A stretch of DNA of 64,000 nucleotides from Fervidobacterium sp. Its GTDB lineage: Bacteria > Thermotogota > Thermotogae > Thermotogales > Fervidobacteriaceae. The DNA lies in NCBI GenBank assembly GCA_049970055.1, contig JBMFNR010000003.1:165140-229139 (forward strand), read 5' to 3'. This document shows positions 9,090 through 19,200 of this stretch, piece after piece. The translations under genes and the position numbers were made by a program. The first letter of the stretch is position 1; every line of letters starts with the position of its first letter. A model generated the notes under the pieces. It was not told the origin of the DNA and did not search any database. It saw only the letters and a list, made by a program, of their open reading frames with translations.

Positions 9090-10427
9090 ATGGATCAACG
9101 TATCGAAAATGTGTACATTGAAAAATGGGCTTACGGTGGATACGGACTTGGAAAACTGCCTGGTGGAAAATTGCTACTTGTCGAGGGTGCGTATCCTGGA
9201 GAACTTGTTAATGTGAGGGTTACACAAGAAAAAACAGATGTTGCATTTGGAAAAACCGAGGAGATCTTGGAACGTGCAAGTTACAGAAGAGCACCAAAGT
9301 GTAAATATTTTGGCATATGTGGCGGATGTCATATTATGGATGTTACCTACGAAAAACAATTAGAATTTAAACGCGACATAGTATTAGATCAACTACGAAG
9401 AATTGCCAAACTTGATCTAGATGTAAACAAAACGATGGAAAGCGACTTGGAATTCGGTTATAGAAATAAGATGGAGTATACCTTCGCTTACGAAGATGGC
9501 AAAGTTCATTTGGGATTGAAGATGCGTAATTCAAATAAAGTTGTACCGATTAACGAATGTCCCATCTCTCCATCATCTTTCGTTAAATCACTCCAACAGG
9601 TGCCTGAAATTGTTGAAATGAGTAAAGCAAAGATTTACAATCAAAAAAAACGTACTGGTACTCTAAAGCACCTAGTTATGAGATATTCACACTCTAATAA
9701 CCAGACAATGGCGATATTTGTTACAAAAACCGAGCGATTTGAAGAAGCAAAGTTTATTAGAACAGAGTTAATCAAAAGGATTCCACAAATAAATTCTATC
9801 ATACACGTTATGAACTCTTCGGATGATATTGTACTCAGAGGGCCATATAAAACACTCTACGGTTCTGGTGTAATTGAAATAGAGATGGACTATGAGAAAT
9901 TTCAGATCCCTCCAACCGCATTTTTCCAAAATAATTACAATGTTGCATCTAAAATGGTTGATTATGTAACAAAAAAACTAAATCTGAGTGGAAATGAAAT
10001 TGTACTTGACTTGTATGCGGGGGTTGGTACATTCACAATGAGACTTGCTATGCTTTCGAAGCACGTTATCGCAGTCGAAAATTCTCACATTTCCGCTAAG
10101 GCGGGAAGAGCCAATGCAAATATAAATAACCTCAGAAACGTAAAATATGACGAGTCTGACGTCGGAAATTTTCTAAGATCTTTCGATCAGAGAGCTGATG
10201 TTGTGGTTCTTGATCCACCAAGAAGTGGGGCAGGAAAAGAAATATGCAACGAAATACTTCGTATTTCTCCAAGTAAGATAGCGTATATTTCTTGCGATCC
10301 ATCAACATTGGCGAGGGATTTGAGCGTTCTAAAAGAACGTTACGAAATTATTGAAGTGCAACCTTTTGATATGTTTCCACAGACTTATCACGTTGAAACG
10401 GTAGTAACAATGGTACTAAAAACCTAA
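9090..10427 (+). CDS. rlmD: 23S rRNA (uracil-C5)-methyltransferase RlmD/RumA
   Basis: N-terminal TRAM domain, CKYFGICGGC Fe-S motif, AFFQ, DLYAGVG, DPPRSG, YISCDP, DMFPQTYHVE. Confidence 0.95.
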   Translation: MDQRIENVYIEKWAYGGYGLGKLPGGKLLLVEGAYPGELVNVRVTQEKTDVAFGKTEEILERASYRRAPKCKYFGICGGCHIMDVTYEKQLEFKRDIVLDQLRRIAKLDLDVNKTMESDLEFGYRNKMEYTFAYEDGKVHLGLKMRNSNKVVPINECPISPSSFVKSLQQVPEIVEMSKAKIYNQKKRTGTLKHLVMRYSHSNNQTMAIFVTKTERFEEAKFIRTELIKRIPQINSIIHVMNSSDDIVLRGPYKTLYGSGVIEIEMDYEKFQIPPTAFFQNNYNVASKMVDYVTKKLNLSGNEIVLDLYAGVGTFTMRLAMLSKHVIAVENSHISAKAGRANANINNLRNVKYDESDVGNFLRSFDQRADVVVLDPPRSGAGKEICNEILRISPSKIAYISCDPSTLARDLSVLKERYEIIEVQPFDMFPQTYHVETVVTMVLKT

Positions 10428-10500
10428 AACTTAGACTTGATATATGTTTGTAATATGTTAAAATATCTTTGAAAGATGACTGATGGGAGGTGGAAAGAAT

Positions 10501-11691
10501 ATGGAAATTGTAGCGAAAATAGTTGACGGTGTGTATTACGTTGGGATGAATGACAGAGATACGCATTTATTTGAAAATATTTGGCCACTGCCAAAAGGGG
10601 TATCATACAACTCTTACTTGATTGTTGACGAAAAGACTGCCCTGATAGATACTGTTAAAGTGAACAAAATGAAGGATTACATCGAGAAAATAAATCAGAT
10701 CTTGGATGGAAAACCCCTTGATTATCTCATAATCGATCACATGGAACCGGATCATTCTGGTGCAATTTCATCGATAATCCACGCATTTCCAAATGTAAAG
10801 ATCGTTGGCAACAAGAAAACATTTGAATTCATCAAAGCTATGTACCATTTGGAAGGGAACCTCTATGAAGTCAAAGACGGTGATGAAATTATCCTTGGAA
10901 AAAGAAAATTGAAATTTTTCATGACGCCAATGGTACATTGGCCAGAGACGATGATGACTTACGAAGTGAACGATAAAATACTCTTTTCCGGTGATGCGTT
11001 TGGCGGATTTGGAACACTCGATGGAGGTATTTTTGATGACGAGGTTGATGTTAAATACTTCGAAAATGAAATAAGAAGATACTATTCGAATATAGTAGGT
11101 AAATTTGGTCCCATGGTACAAAAGGCCCTTCAAAAGCTTAGCAATTTAGAAATTAAGGTTGTATGTTCAACCCACGGTCCTGTGTGGCGTACAAACCCTG
11201 GCCGTATAATATCTGCATACGACAGGTGGAGTAAATATGAATACGAAGAGGGCGTTGTAATAGCGTATGGAACAATGTATGGCAGCACAGAGAAAATGGC
11301 GGATTATATTGCAAGGGTATTAGCCGATGAAGGTATTAAAAACATACGCGTTATGAACACTTCTACAACACACGAATCTTTCATAATAAATGAAATATGG
11401 CGCTTTAAAGGGATCATACTGGGCACTTGTACGTACAACAACTGGATCTTCCCACCGATGGAAAATTTAGTAATAAACCTTTCTCACAAGGGACTCCCGA
11501 ATAGAGTATTTGGCGTGTTTGGCACATACGGTTGGAGCGGTGGAGGAGTTAAAGGAATAGTTGAATACATCCAGAAAAACAAGTGGGAAATGATTGGAGA
11601 ACCAGTCGAAGTTCAATTTTCTCCAAAAGAAGAAGATTTTGAAAAATTGAGAAGACTTGCAGTCGAGATGGCAAAAGCAGTGAAAAAATAA
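10501..11691 (+). CDS. fprA: Flavodiiron protein (FprA, A-type flavoprotein)
   Basis: HMEPDH, HWPE, SGDAFG and a flavodoxin domain (YGTMYGST, GWSGG). ATG at 10501 after SD GGAGGTG. Confidence 0.93.
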   Translation: MEIVAKIVDGVYYVGMNDRDTHLFENIWPLPKGVSYNSYLIVDEKTALIDTVKVNKMKDYIEKINQILDGKPLDYLIIDHMEPDHSGAISSIIHAFPNVKIVGNKKTFEFIKAMYHLEGNLYEVKDGDEIILGKRKLKFFMTPMVHWPETMMTYEVNDKILFSGDAFGGFGTLDGGIFDDEVDVKYFENEIRRYYSNIVGKFGPMVQKALQKLSNLEIKVVCSTHGPVWRTNPGRIISAYDRWSKYEYEEGVVIAYGTMYGSTEKMADYIARVLADEGIKNIRVMNTSTTHESFIINEIWRFKGIILGTCTYNNWIFPPMENLVINLSHKGLPNRVFGVFGTYGWSGGGVKGIVEYIQKNKWEMIGEPVEVQFSPKEEDFEKLRRLAVEMAKAVKK

Positions 11692-11708
11692 CCCGATAAA
11701 AATTCAAT

Positions 11709-11737
11709 AAAAAGCCAGGTCTTCACCTGGCTTTTTT
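11709..11737. terminator. Bidirectional intrinsic terminator
   Basis: AAAAAGCCAGGT-CTTC-ACCTGGCTTTTTT between convergent genes. Confidence 0.88.
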
Positions 11738-11763
11738 CATTTCTATTACCAATTACCCGACAA

Positions 11764-12720
11764 TTACCAAACGAGATTTGGCGGAATTCTTCCTTCTAGC
11801 GCTTCTATAATGTTTACTGCCACCATTTCAGACATCTTTTCTCTTGTTTCGTAAGTGGCTGAACCTATATGTGGTAAAAGCACCACGTTTTCAAGTTTTT
11901 CCAAACCGTGAGTGAGCATTGGTTCGTTTTCGTAAACATCTAATCCGGCTCCAGCTATTTTACCTTCTTTTAAAACTTCATACAGAGCTAATTCATCTAT
12001 AACTGGACCTCGCGCAGTGTTAACGATTATCGCGGATGGTTTCATAAGCGCTATACGCTCTTTGTTTATTAAGTGGTATGTATCATTGGTCAGCGGTGTG
12101 TGTATTGATATAACATCAGAAACACTCATTAGTTCATCAAGTGGTAAGTAAGACGCGTTGAATTGTTTTTCAACATCTTCTGAGAGTCGCTTACGGTTGT
12201 GGTAAACGATCTTCATGCCAAACCCTATGGCACGTTTTGCAACAGCCTGACCGATGCGTCCCATACCAACGATTCCCAGTGTCTTACCAAAAAGATCGTA
12301 ACCCAAAAATAACTTTGGTTTCCAACCTACGAATTTTCCTTCCCTGACAAATTTGTCGGCTTGCACTATCTTCCTTGCCACAGCTAATATTAGCGCAAAA
12401 GCAGTATCAGCGGTTGCATCCGTCAGTACGCCTGGTGTGTTTGTTACATATATTCCTCTTTCTTTTGCAGCTTGAATATCTATGTTATTGTACCCCACTG
12501 CGTAATTTGCGATAATTTTTGTTCTTTCAAGTGCGTATATAAAGTTTCTATCGATTGTATCTCTTAATTGTGTTATAATTCCATCCGCGTTCTTGGAACG
12601 CGCAATCATTTCCTCTTGACTTAGAAATTCTTCACCCTTATAGACATCAACTTCGTAGCCTCTCTCAATGAGCAAATTAATACCTTTTTCTGGTATATCG
12701 TATGTTACAAAGATCTTCAC
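11764..12720 (-). CDS. D-2-hydroxyacid dehydrogenase (glyoxylate reductase/D-glycerate dehydrogenase)
   Basis: AVGYNNID, NTPGVLT, GMGRIG, NTARG, LDVYENEP, LPHIGSAT. Confidence 0.92.
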   Translation of the reverse strand: MKIFVTYDIPEKGINLLIERGYEVDVYKGEEFLSQEEMIARSKNADGIITQLRDTIDRNFIYALERTKIIANYAVGYNNIDIQAAKERGIYVTNTPGVLTDATADTAFALILAVARKIVQADKFVREGKFVGWKPKLFLGYDLFGKTLGIVGMGRIGQAVAKRAIGFGMKIVYHNRKRLSEDVEKQFNASYLPLDELMSVSDVISIHTPLTNDTYHLINKERIALMKPSAIIVNTARGPVIDELALYEVLKEGKIAGAGLDVYENEPMLTHGLEKLENVVLLPHIGSATYETREKMSEMVAVNIIEALEGRIPPNLVW

Positions 12721-13877
12721 ACGTGTTCACCCCACCACTTAATTTCTACACCTTCTATGAAGACCTTTTCTACCTTTGCTTGTGGTAAGAATGGATCATT
12801 ATCCCAGATAACAATATCTGCGTCTTTCCCTTCTTCAATAGAACCAACCCTTTCGTCAATATTCAGTATCTTGGCAGCGTTAATTGTTAACATCTTTAAA
12901 ATATCTTCTCTATTTGCCCCGAATCTCATAGCAATGGCCGCATGCATATTTGCAAATTCAAGATGGTTAACAGGGTGGTCAACCATAATAGCTGTCAGCA
13001 CACCTTTTTCGTTAAGTATTCTCACATTTTCATAGGTTTGATCTTTAAGTTCTATTTTTGTTCTAAATCCAAATGGACCAACGACAACCGGCACGTTGTT
13101 TTCGACTAAGTAATCAGCAACCTTGTACGCTTCCGTACCGTGTTCTATTACAAGTTTAAAACCAAATTCCTTTGCTATTCGTATTGCAGTAACGATATCT
13201 TGAGCTCTATGTGCATGTATTCTTGCAGGAATTTCACCCCTTAGAACAAGTTCACCAACTTCAAGTTTTGGATCTCTATCAAGAAATACACCTTCTTTTT
13301 CTATTGCTCTTCTCTTCTTTTCGATATAATCTTGGACTTTGATAAAGTACGCTCTCATAATTGCAGCTATTCCAAGTCTTGTTGAAGGTAATTTCTTAAG
13401 TTCCCCATAAACTCTTTTTGGATTTTCACCGGTTGCCATTTTCAATCCTGCGGGAGCCTTTATAACACATTTATCTACAATGTTTGATTTAAATTTAATG
13501 ATAGCACCTTGCCCACCTATAACATTTGCACTTCCCGGTAAGATCATAACCGTTGTAAAACCACCATCGAGTGCCCTTTTTATAGCCACATCATATGGAT
13601 TAAACGCATCGATAGCTCTAACATCGGGTGTTACTGGTTCACCTATTTCATTACCATCCTGCATAGCTCCAACGGATTCTTCATATAAACCAATATGTGA
13701 ATGTGCATCTATAAAGCCAGGGAGTACATATTTACCTGCTACGTCGATAATTTTATCCGCTTTGACTTTAATCTTTCTCCCAACCTTAGCTATCTTGCCA
13801 TTCTCGATAAGTACATCCCCGATAAATGTTCCGTTTGTGACTGTAACAACACTTCCACCCGTTATAAGCACTTTCAT
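12717..13877 (-). CDS. Metal-dependent amidohydrolase (imidazolonepropionase-like family)
   Basis: PGFIDAHSH, KMATGENPK, HAHRA, EHGTE, GKDADIVIW. Confidence 0.88.
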   Translation of the reverse strand: MKVLITGGSVVTVTNGTFIGDVLIENGKIAKVGRKIKVKADKIIDVAGKYVLPGFIDAHSHIGLYEESVGAMQDGNEIGEPVTPDVRAIDAFNPYDVAIKRALDGGFTTVMILPGSANVIGGQGAIIKFKSNIVDKCVIKAPAGLKMATGENPKRVYGELKKLPSTRLGIAAIMRAYFIKVQDYIEKKRRAIEKEGVFLDRDPKLEVGELVLRGEIPARIHAHRAQDIVTAIRIAKEFGFKLVIEHGTEAYKVADYLVENNVPVVVGPFGFRTKIELKDQTYENVRILNEKGVLTAIMVDHPVNHLEFANMHAAIAMRFGANREDILKMLTINAAKILNIDERVGSIEEGKDADIVIWDNDPFLPQAKVEKVFIEGVEIKWWGEHV

Positions 13878-14129
13878 ACTACCACCCCCAATTTCAAAGT
13901 AGAATTTCTTTGACTATTATACCATTTTCTATTTTGTACGTAAAGCGAACAATTTTCCCTTTTAAATTGTTTTTGGTCAGCTAAATACTAACATGAGCAT
14001 TTAGAGACGAAAATTTTGTTTAGTTTATGAGTTTCGAAAATTTAACAATGTAACATCATCATTTTTTTAATTTTTGTGGTAAAATTTTACTCGGAATTAA
14101 GAAATTTAAATAGAAAGGTTGAGGAGCTG

Positions 14130-17096
14130 ATGAGGTGGGAAATAAAACAGGTAGATGAGGAGCTTGTAAACAAGCTTGCCGAGAATTTAAATGTCGGCAA
14201 GTTAGTGGCGAAGTTATTAGTTTTGCGTGGTATAACGGATGTAGAACAAGCACGGAGGTTCTTGTATCCAACGAGACAGTTACTTCGTTCTCCATTTTTA
14301 CTCAAGGATATGGATCGGGCTGTGCAGATATTATTACAAGCTCGGGAAAACGAAGAAAAGGTTATTATCCACGGTGATTACGACGTTGATGGAATTACCG
14401 GTACGGCTGTTTTATACACATTCCTTTCTGAAAACGGCTGGAATGCTAATTATTATATTCCAAAGCGTGTAGATAATGGATACGGAATCCAACCACAATT
14501 CGTTGAAGAAGCCGCTCAAAGAGGGTTCAAAGTTATCCTCACTGTTGATTGTGGTATCACAGCTTTTGAGGCTGTTGAAAAAGCTAAAAACGTAGGTATA
14601 AAAATTGTCATAACCGACCACCACCAACCTAAAGAAATCTTACCTAACGCGGATGCCATTGTAAACCCGAAAAGACCTGATGATCAATATCCATTTAAGG
14701 AGTTCGCCGGTGTAGGTGTAGCTTATAAATTGATCTGTGCGTTAGCTGAAAAAATTAACATACATCATTCCTCCGCTGATGAAGTACTCGATCTTGTTGC
14801 GCTTGGTACGGTAGCTGATATGGTTGAATTGATTGACGAAAACAGGTACATTGTGAAAGAAGGGTTAAGGCGCCTAAATAATGCTCCAAAGCTTGGAATA
14901 ATAAGACTTGTTCAAAAACTTGGAATTGGAAACATAAGCACCAGGGACATAGGATACAAAATAGCCCCAAAATTAAATGCTGCTGGCAGACTCGATTCTC
15001 CTGATGACGCATTTAAATTGATAATTACAAAAGATGAGGCAAACGCAACGGAATTAGTTGAGATTTTGCTTGGATACAACACTACAAGACAAGAAATAGA
15101 AGCAAAGATATACAATGAGGCTATTGAAATGATAGAGCGTAATAGTTTCGATAGACTACCTATTGTTGTCGCCTACGGCTATGGATGGCATATAGGAGTT
15201 ATAGGTATTGTTGCAACAAGACTTGTCCATTTGTACAAAAAACCAGTAATGGTTATATCGATAGAAGATGGAGTTGCAAGAGGCTCAGCGCGAAGCATTC
15301 ATGGTGTTAATATAATAAGTTTACTTGAAAGATTTCGAGATATATTTGAGGACTTTGGCGGTCACACAATGGCACTGGGTTTCAGTTTAAAAGAAGAAAA
15401 TATACCAGGACTTATCGATGCGATTCGTGAAAAAATAAGCGATGATGACATCAAAATTGAAGAAGTCCTGCTCGTGGACGAAAAAATATCGGTTGACGAT
15501 ATATCTAACGATCTTTTGGATGCCATAGAAATGTTAGAACCCTATGGCCATGGAAATCCAGAGCCAGTCTTTCTCATAGAAAACAGTTCAATTGAGCGTC
15601 TTAAAGTTTTTGGTGAGACAGGATACAACATACGTATCACTTTAAGAGGTAACAGAAATAATATAGAAGGTGCCGGTTTTGGATTGAAAGTTTCACCTAA
15701 TGATTTTTACGGGATTCAGCCACAGTTTATCAAAGTAGACGTCGTTGGAAATTTAAGGCGAGGTGACTCTGGACCACAATTAAATGTACTTGATGTAAAA
15801 ATTCGTCACACAAGTGATGAAGATATTGTTGAGCGGGCGTTTTTGCATTCTTTTGCAGCAAATTGGAAGCAACAAAAGGAAGAAGATTATGATCACAGTC
15901 ACATTGAAGATGATATCCTTTTGCGTCTTGAAAAAGTGTCTGATCTGTATAGAATAAAAACGCCTGTATTGTTTAGATTTAAAATGCACTACAGAAATGC
16001 ATTTTTGTACGATCTAATGAAAAAGGGAAGGGTCTTGATAATTAATCCTTCAAGTGCAGAAGCAGTACATCTTTACGAAAGTCTTCAGAGGCATGACATC
16101 AATGGATTAGTACTCTTGAATTCAGTCAACAGATCTAATGGAAAGCACGTAATTACAAACGCAGTATACGCAAATGAACTAATTAGTCCAAACCAGTTCG
16201 ATTTTGTCGTTCTGAACGAAATACAATTTTTGAAAAACTTCGATGAAAACTTATTTGATAGAACAATCCAAAAGTTTGGGAGAAAAGCTTTATTTACTAC
16301 TATCTTCAATTTTGAAACGAACCTTCCAGTCTACGAGGTTGATGGAAAGTCAGAATTTTCTATCGAAGACAAACGTAATCAACCAAAGTCACTGAACAAT
16401 ACAAATTCATCTATTGTATACCTCTTTTCGTCTCACAGCTCAGTTGAGGTATTTTTCAACAATTATATAAGGAAAATGTCAGCCAGAGATACAATTTTTT
16501 ACTCATCACAACTTGCTCCATTTCAAAGGCTTATCATATCAAATCTTGTAAGGAAAAGAAAAATTAAAAAACTTATATCATCAACGAATAACGATGGTCT
16601 ACCATCACTATTTGGTAAAGTGGAAGCTCGTCTATTCGATTTTCCTTATACTTTTAGCGAAATAATCGACGCTGTCAGTGGCGAAGGAAATGTCCTGATG
16701 CAACTAAATTATTCTTCTCAAGATGTTACAAAACGCTATGAAGCTTTGAAGAAACTTTTTCCTTCATCTGACGAACTTGAAAAGCTTATAGACGAATTGA
16801 ATATTTATCTTCCAATGAAATTGGAGGAGTTTGAGGAAATAATTTCGAATTATTCCATTACAAAAGGAGTTATAAAAAGTGTCTATAAAGATCTGGATGG
16901 AATAGATGGTAATATAGTAAAACCTGTAATATTTGATCCAAATAAAGTCATCAGAGTAAAGGAAAGAGAAATAGAACTGTCGTATTTTGAAAGGTACACA
17001 CTTCAGCTCGAATCTTTGTCAATGAAGGAAATTTACAGATTCATAGAGGAGAGATATCTACATGACGCAGAGATTATGCTATATTTTAAGGACTGA
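14130..17096 (+). CDS. recJ: Single-stranded DNA exonuclease RecJ with a long C-terminal extension
   Basis: GDYDVDG, TVDCG, TDHH, GTVAD, NAAGR, RGSARS, GGH, EPYGHGNPEP. ATG at 14130 after GAGGAG. About 430 extra C-terminal residues. Confidence 0.93.
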   Translation: MRWEIKQVDEELVNKLAENLNVGKLVAKLLVLRGITDVEQARRFLYPTRQLLRSPFLLKDMDRAVQILLQARENEEKVIIHGDYDVDGITGTAVLYTFLSENGWNANYYIPKRVDNGYGIQPQFVEEAAQRGFKVILTVDCGITAFEAVEKAKNVGIKIVITDHHQPKEILPNADAIVNPKRPDDQYPFKEFAGVGVAYKLICALAEKINIHHSSADEVLDLVALGTVADMVELIDENRYIVKEGLRRLNNAPKLGIIRLVQKLGIGNISTRDIGYKIAPKLNAAGRLDSPDDAFKLIITKDEANATELVEILLGYNTTRQEIEAKIYNEAIEMIERNSFDRLPIVVAYGYGWHIGVIGIVATRLVHLYKKPVMVISIEDGVARGSARSIHGVNIISLLERFRDIFEDFGGHTMALGFSLKEENIPGLIDAIREKISDDDIKIEEVLLVDEKISVDDISNDLLDAIEMLEPYGHGNPEPVFLIENSSIERLKVFGETGYNIRITLRGNRNNIEGAGFGLKVSPNDFYGIQPQFIKVDVVGNLRRGDSGPQLNVLDVKIRHTSDEDIVERAFLHSFAANWKQQKEEDYDHSHIEDDILLRLEKVSDLYRIKTPVLFRFKMHYRNAFLYDLMKKGRVLIINPSSAEAVHLYESLQRHDINGLVLLNSVNRSNGKHVITNAVYANELISPNQFDFVVLNEIQFLKNFDENLFDRTIQKFGRKALFTTIFNFETNLPVYEVDGKSEFSIEDKRNQPKSLNNTNSSIVYLFSSHSSVEVFFNNYIRKMSARDTIFYSSQLAPFQRLIISNLVRKRKIKKLISSTNNDGLPSLFGKVEARLFDFPYTFSEIIDAVSGEGNVLMQLNYSSQDVTKRYEALKKLFPSSDELEKLIDELNIYLPMKLEEFEEIISNYSITKGVIKSVYKDLDGIDGNIVKPVIFDPNKVIRVKEREIELSYFERYTLQLESLSMKEIYRFIEERYLHDAEIMLYFKD

Positions 17097-17295
17097 AAAG
17101 CCTGTTGAAAGCGCGAAAAAACTAAGAGAAATGGGAATATGCGCGAAGGTGTTTCCTGATCCCAAGGCACCATCAAAGTTAATCGTAGCCATAGAAACAA
17201 TCAATGACCAAGTTCAGAAAACTTTTGGTGAATTCAAAGCACTTGGAGGAAATATCGTTGATGAGTATTATAGCGATCGATTACGGCAAGAGTAA
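17062..17295 (+). CDS. Small hypothetical protein (77 aa)
   Basis: ATG preceded by GAGGAG. Fills the recJ-yqgF gap and overlaps both neighbours by 35 nt. Confidence 0.6.
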   Translation: MTQRLCYILRTEKPVESAKKLREMGICAKVFPDPKAPSKLIVAIETINDQVQKTFGEFKALGGNIVDEYYSDRLRQE

Positions 17296-17932
17296 GTGTG
17301 GTTACGCCGTTGGAAATGTATTTGTCAAGGAGAGTGGAACTGTCAAAACTCAAGAACTTTTGGAAAGGATTAAAAGTTTCCAAAAAATAATTCTTGGCTT
17401 ACCTTTATCGATGAGTGGAAATTATTCGACACAGACATTTGAAGTGATAAAGTTTGGTTTGAAATTACTTACCAATGGCAAGGATGTTTATCTACTCGAC
17501 GAAAGATTAACAACCAAAATGGCAAAAACTTATCAAAAGAAAGATGACGACAGATTCAGTGCTGAACAACTGTTACTTGAATATATCGAGAGTCCAAACC
17601 GTGCTAAGGAACTTATCAAGTCTAAAGTCAAGCAACCATATGAAATTAGGGCCGACTTCGCTATTTTTGTTGAAGTGCCATACGATGAAAATTTTTCTGT
17701 CTCTTCAGCTATTGCCTACAGTAAGGACGCATATTTAGCATACACACTGTTTTCAAAAGGTTTCTTCGTTTACAGAGTTTTTAAAGATTTTCTTTCTGCA
17801 CTTGAAAATCTTGAAAAAGAGCCAGATTATATTATAATGAATAACGAATGTAGAGAAAAAATGTCTATTTTAGAAAAAGTAGAATCAATTACAAATGTTA
17901 CTGTTTGTGAATTTTCATTGGAAAATTTTTAA
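17261..17932 (+). CDS. yqgF: YqgF/RuvX family pre-16S rRNA nuclease with a C-terminal extension
   Basis: IAIDYGKSKCGYAV, LGLPLSMSG, DERLTT, DDRFSA. ATG at 17261 after GGAGG. Confidence 0.88.
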   Translation: MSIIAIDYGKSKCGYAVGNVFVKESGTVKTQELLERIKSFQKIILGLPLSMSGNYSTQTFEVIKFGLKLLTNGKDVYLLDERLTTKMAKTYQKKDDDRFSAEQLLLEYIESPNRAKELIKSKVKQPYEIRADFAIFVEVPYDENFSVSSAIAYSKDAYLAYTLFSKGFFVYRVFKDFLSALENLEKEPDYIIMNNECREKMSILEKVESITNVTVCEFSLENF

Positions 17933-17950
17933 CTGTTCGTCTTATCATGT

Positions 17951-18027
17951 GTGCTCGTAGCTCAACTGGATAGAGCGTCGGACTCCGGATCCGAAGATTG
18001 CGGGTTCAAGTCCCGCCGAGCACACCA
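17951..18027 (+). tRNA. tRNA-Arg(CCG)
   Basis: Acceptor stem GTGCTCG/CGAGCAC, D-arm GCTC/GAGC, anticodon arm TCGGA-CTCCGGA-TCCGA, T-loop GTTCAAG, encoded CCA end. Confidence 0.97.
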
Positions 18028-18092
18028 AGATATGAAGACATCTAAAAACCAAAAACATCGAAAAAATTATTGTGTGTAGGAGGTAAGTATAA

Positions 18093-19175
18093 ATGAGCCA
18101 TAATTTAGAAGAGGTAAAAAAACTGGTATTTGAAACGGACGTGGATGCTATACTTGTTTTGAATATCGAAGGATCAAATAGCGTTACGACCAGATATTTA
18201 TCCGGCTTTACTGGAAGTTTTTCTGCGCTTCTAATTACACCGAAAAGGCATATAATTGTTACTGATTCAAGGTATTGGACGCAAGTAAAACAAGAAAGTG
18301 ATTTCGAACTTGTTAAGTACATTCCACCGAAAACATTTTTAGATACCGTTGCTGATCTTGTCAAATCTATGGAATTCCAAAAAGTGGCCATTGAAAAAGA
18401 TAGAATCTCAGCTAGTCATTTTGAGGCATTAAGTGAAAAATTGAAGATTGAATTCGAAGACATTTCCTCTTTGTTATTTAATATAAGGGCGAAAAAGTCT
18501 GACGAGGAAGTCGAGAAAATAAAAATAGCAGTTCAAATAGCACAAGAAGCTTTTATGAAAATGCTCGAAATAGCAAAAGTCGGTATGAAGGAATATGAGC
18601 TGGCATCTTACTTAGAATATCAGATGAAACTACTTGGTGCCGAAGATAAAGCCTTTGATACGATAATAGCTTCTGGATATAGAGGGGCACTCCCACACGG
18701 GAAAGCTTCCGATAAAATTATTGAAAAGGGGGAACCGGTTGTCGTTGATTGGGGTGCAAGGTACAAAGGATACAACAGTGATATAACAAGAGTATTTTGT
18801 ATCGGTGAACCTGATGACAAAGTAAAGCAGATTCACAAAGTTGTTTATGAGGCTCAACAAAAAGCTCTTAATGTAATCAAAGCAGGGATAACTGGGAGAG
18901 AAGTTGATGGAATTGCGAGAAACCACATTACTGAATGTGGGTATGGTGAATACTTTGGACATGGTCTTGGACATGGTCTTGGTTTGGAAGTTCACGAAAA
19001 CCCAAGCCTGAGCTATAAAAATGATAAATTGCTTGAAGTTGGAAATGTAGTTACCGTGGAACCCGGAATTTACCTCGAAGGTGAATTCGGTATAAGAATA
19101 GAGGATGACGTTGTTATAAAAGAAAATGGTTGTGAAATCTTAACAACCCTAACGCGAGAGCTTATAATTATATAA
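18093..19175 (+). CDS. pepP: Xaa-Pro aminopeptidase (M24B)
   Basis: TDSRY, ALPHG, DWGA...SDITR, HGLGHGLGLEVHE, TVEPGIY, GIRIEDD. Confidence 0.92.
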   Translation: MSHNLEEVKKLVFETDVDAILVLNIEGSNSVTTRYLSGFTGSFSALLITPKRHIIVTDSRYWTQVKQESDFELVKYIPPKTFLDTVADLVKSMEFQKVAIEKDRISASHFEALSEKLKIEFEDISSLLFNIRAKKSDEEVEKIKIAVQIAQEAFMKMLEIAKVGMKEYELASYLEYQMKLLGAEDKAFDTIIASGYRGALPHGKASDKIIEKGEPVVVDWGARYKGYNSDITRVFCIGEPDDKVKQIHKVVYEAQQKALNVIKAGITGREVDGIARNHITECGYGEYFGHGLGHGLGLEVHENPSLSYKNDKLLEVGNVVTVEPGIYLEGEFGIRIEDDVVIKENGCEILTTLTRELIII

Positions 19176-19200
19176 GGACTAAACAAGAGGTGTTTATTAT

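Noticed and set aside
17951..18092. tRNA as a possible integration site
   Set aside because: No integrase, no duplicated tRNA 3' end seen, and housekeeping genes continue on both sides.
17945..18391. 148-aa minus-strand ORF
   Set aside because: Antisense to the tRNA and pepP; its C-terminus is simply the translated tRNA complement.
18955..18982. Direct repeat TTGGACATGGTC x2
   Set aside because: Encodes the conserved GHGLGHGLG motif of M24 peptidases; not a CRISPR or VNTR.
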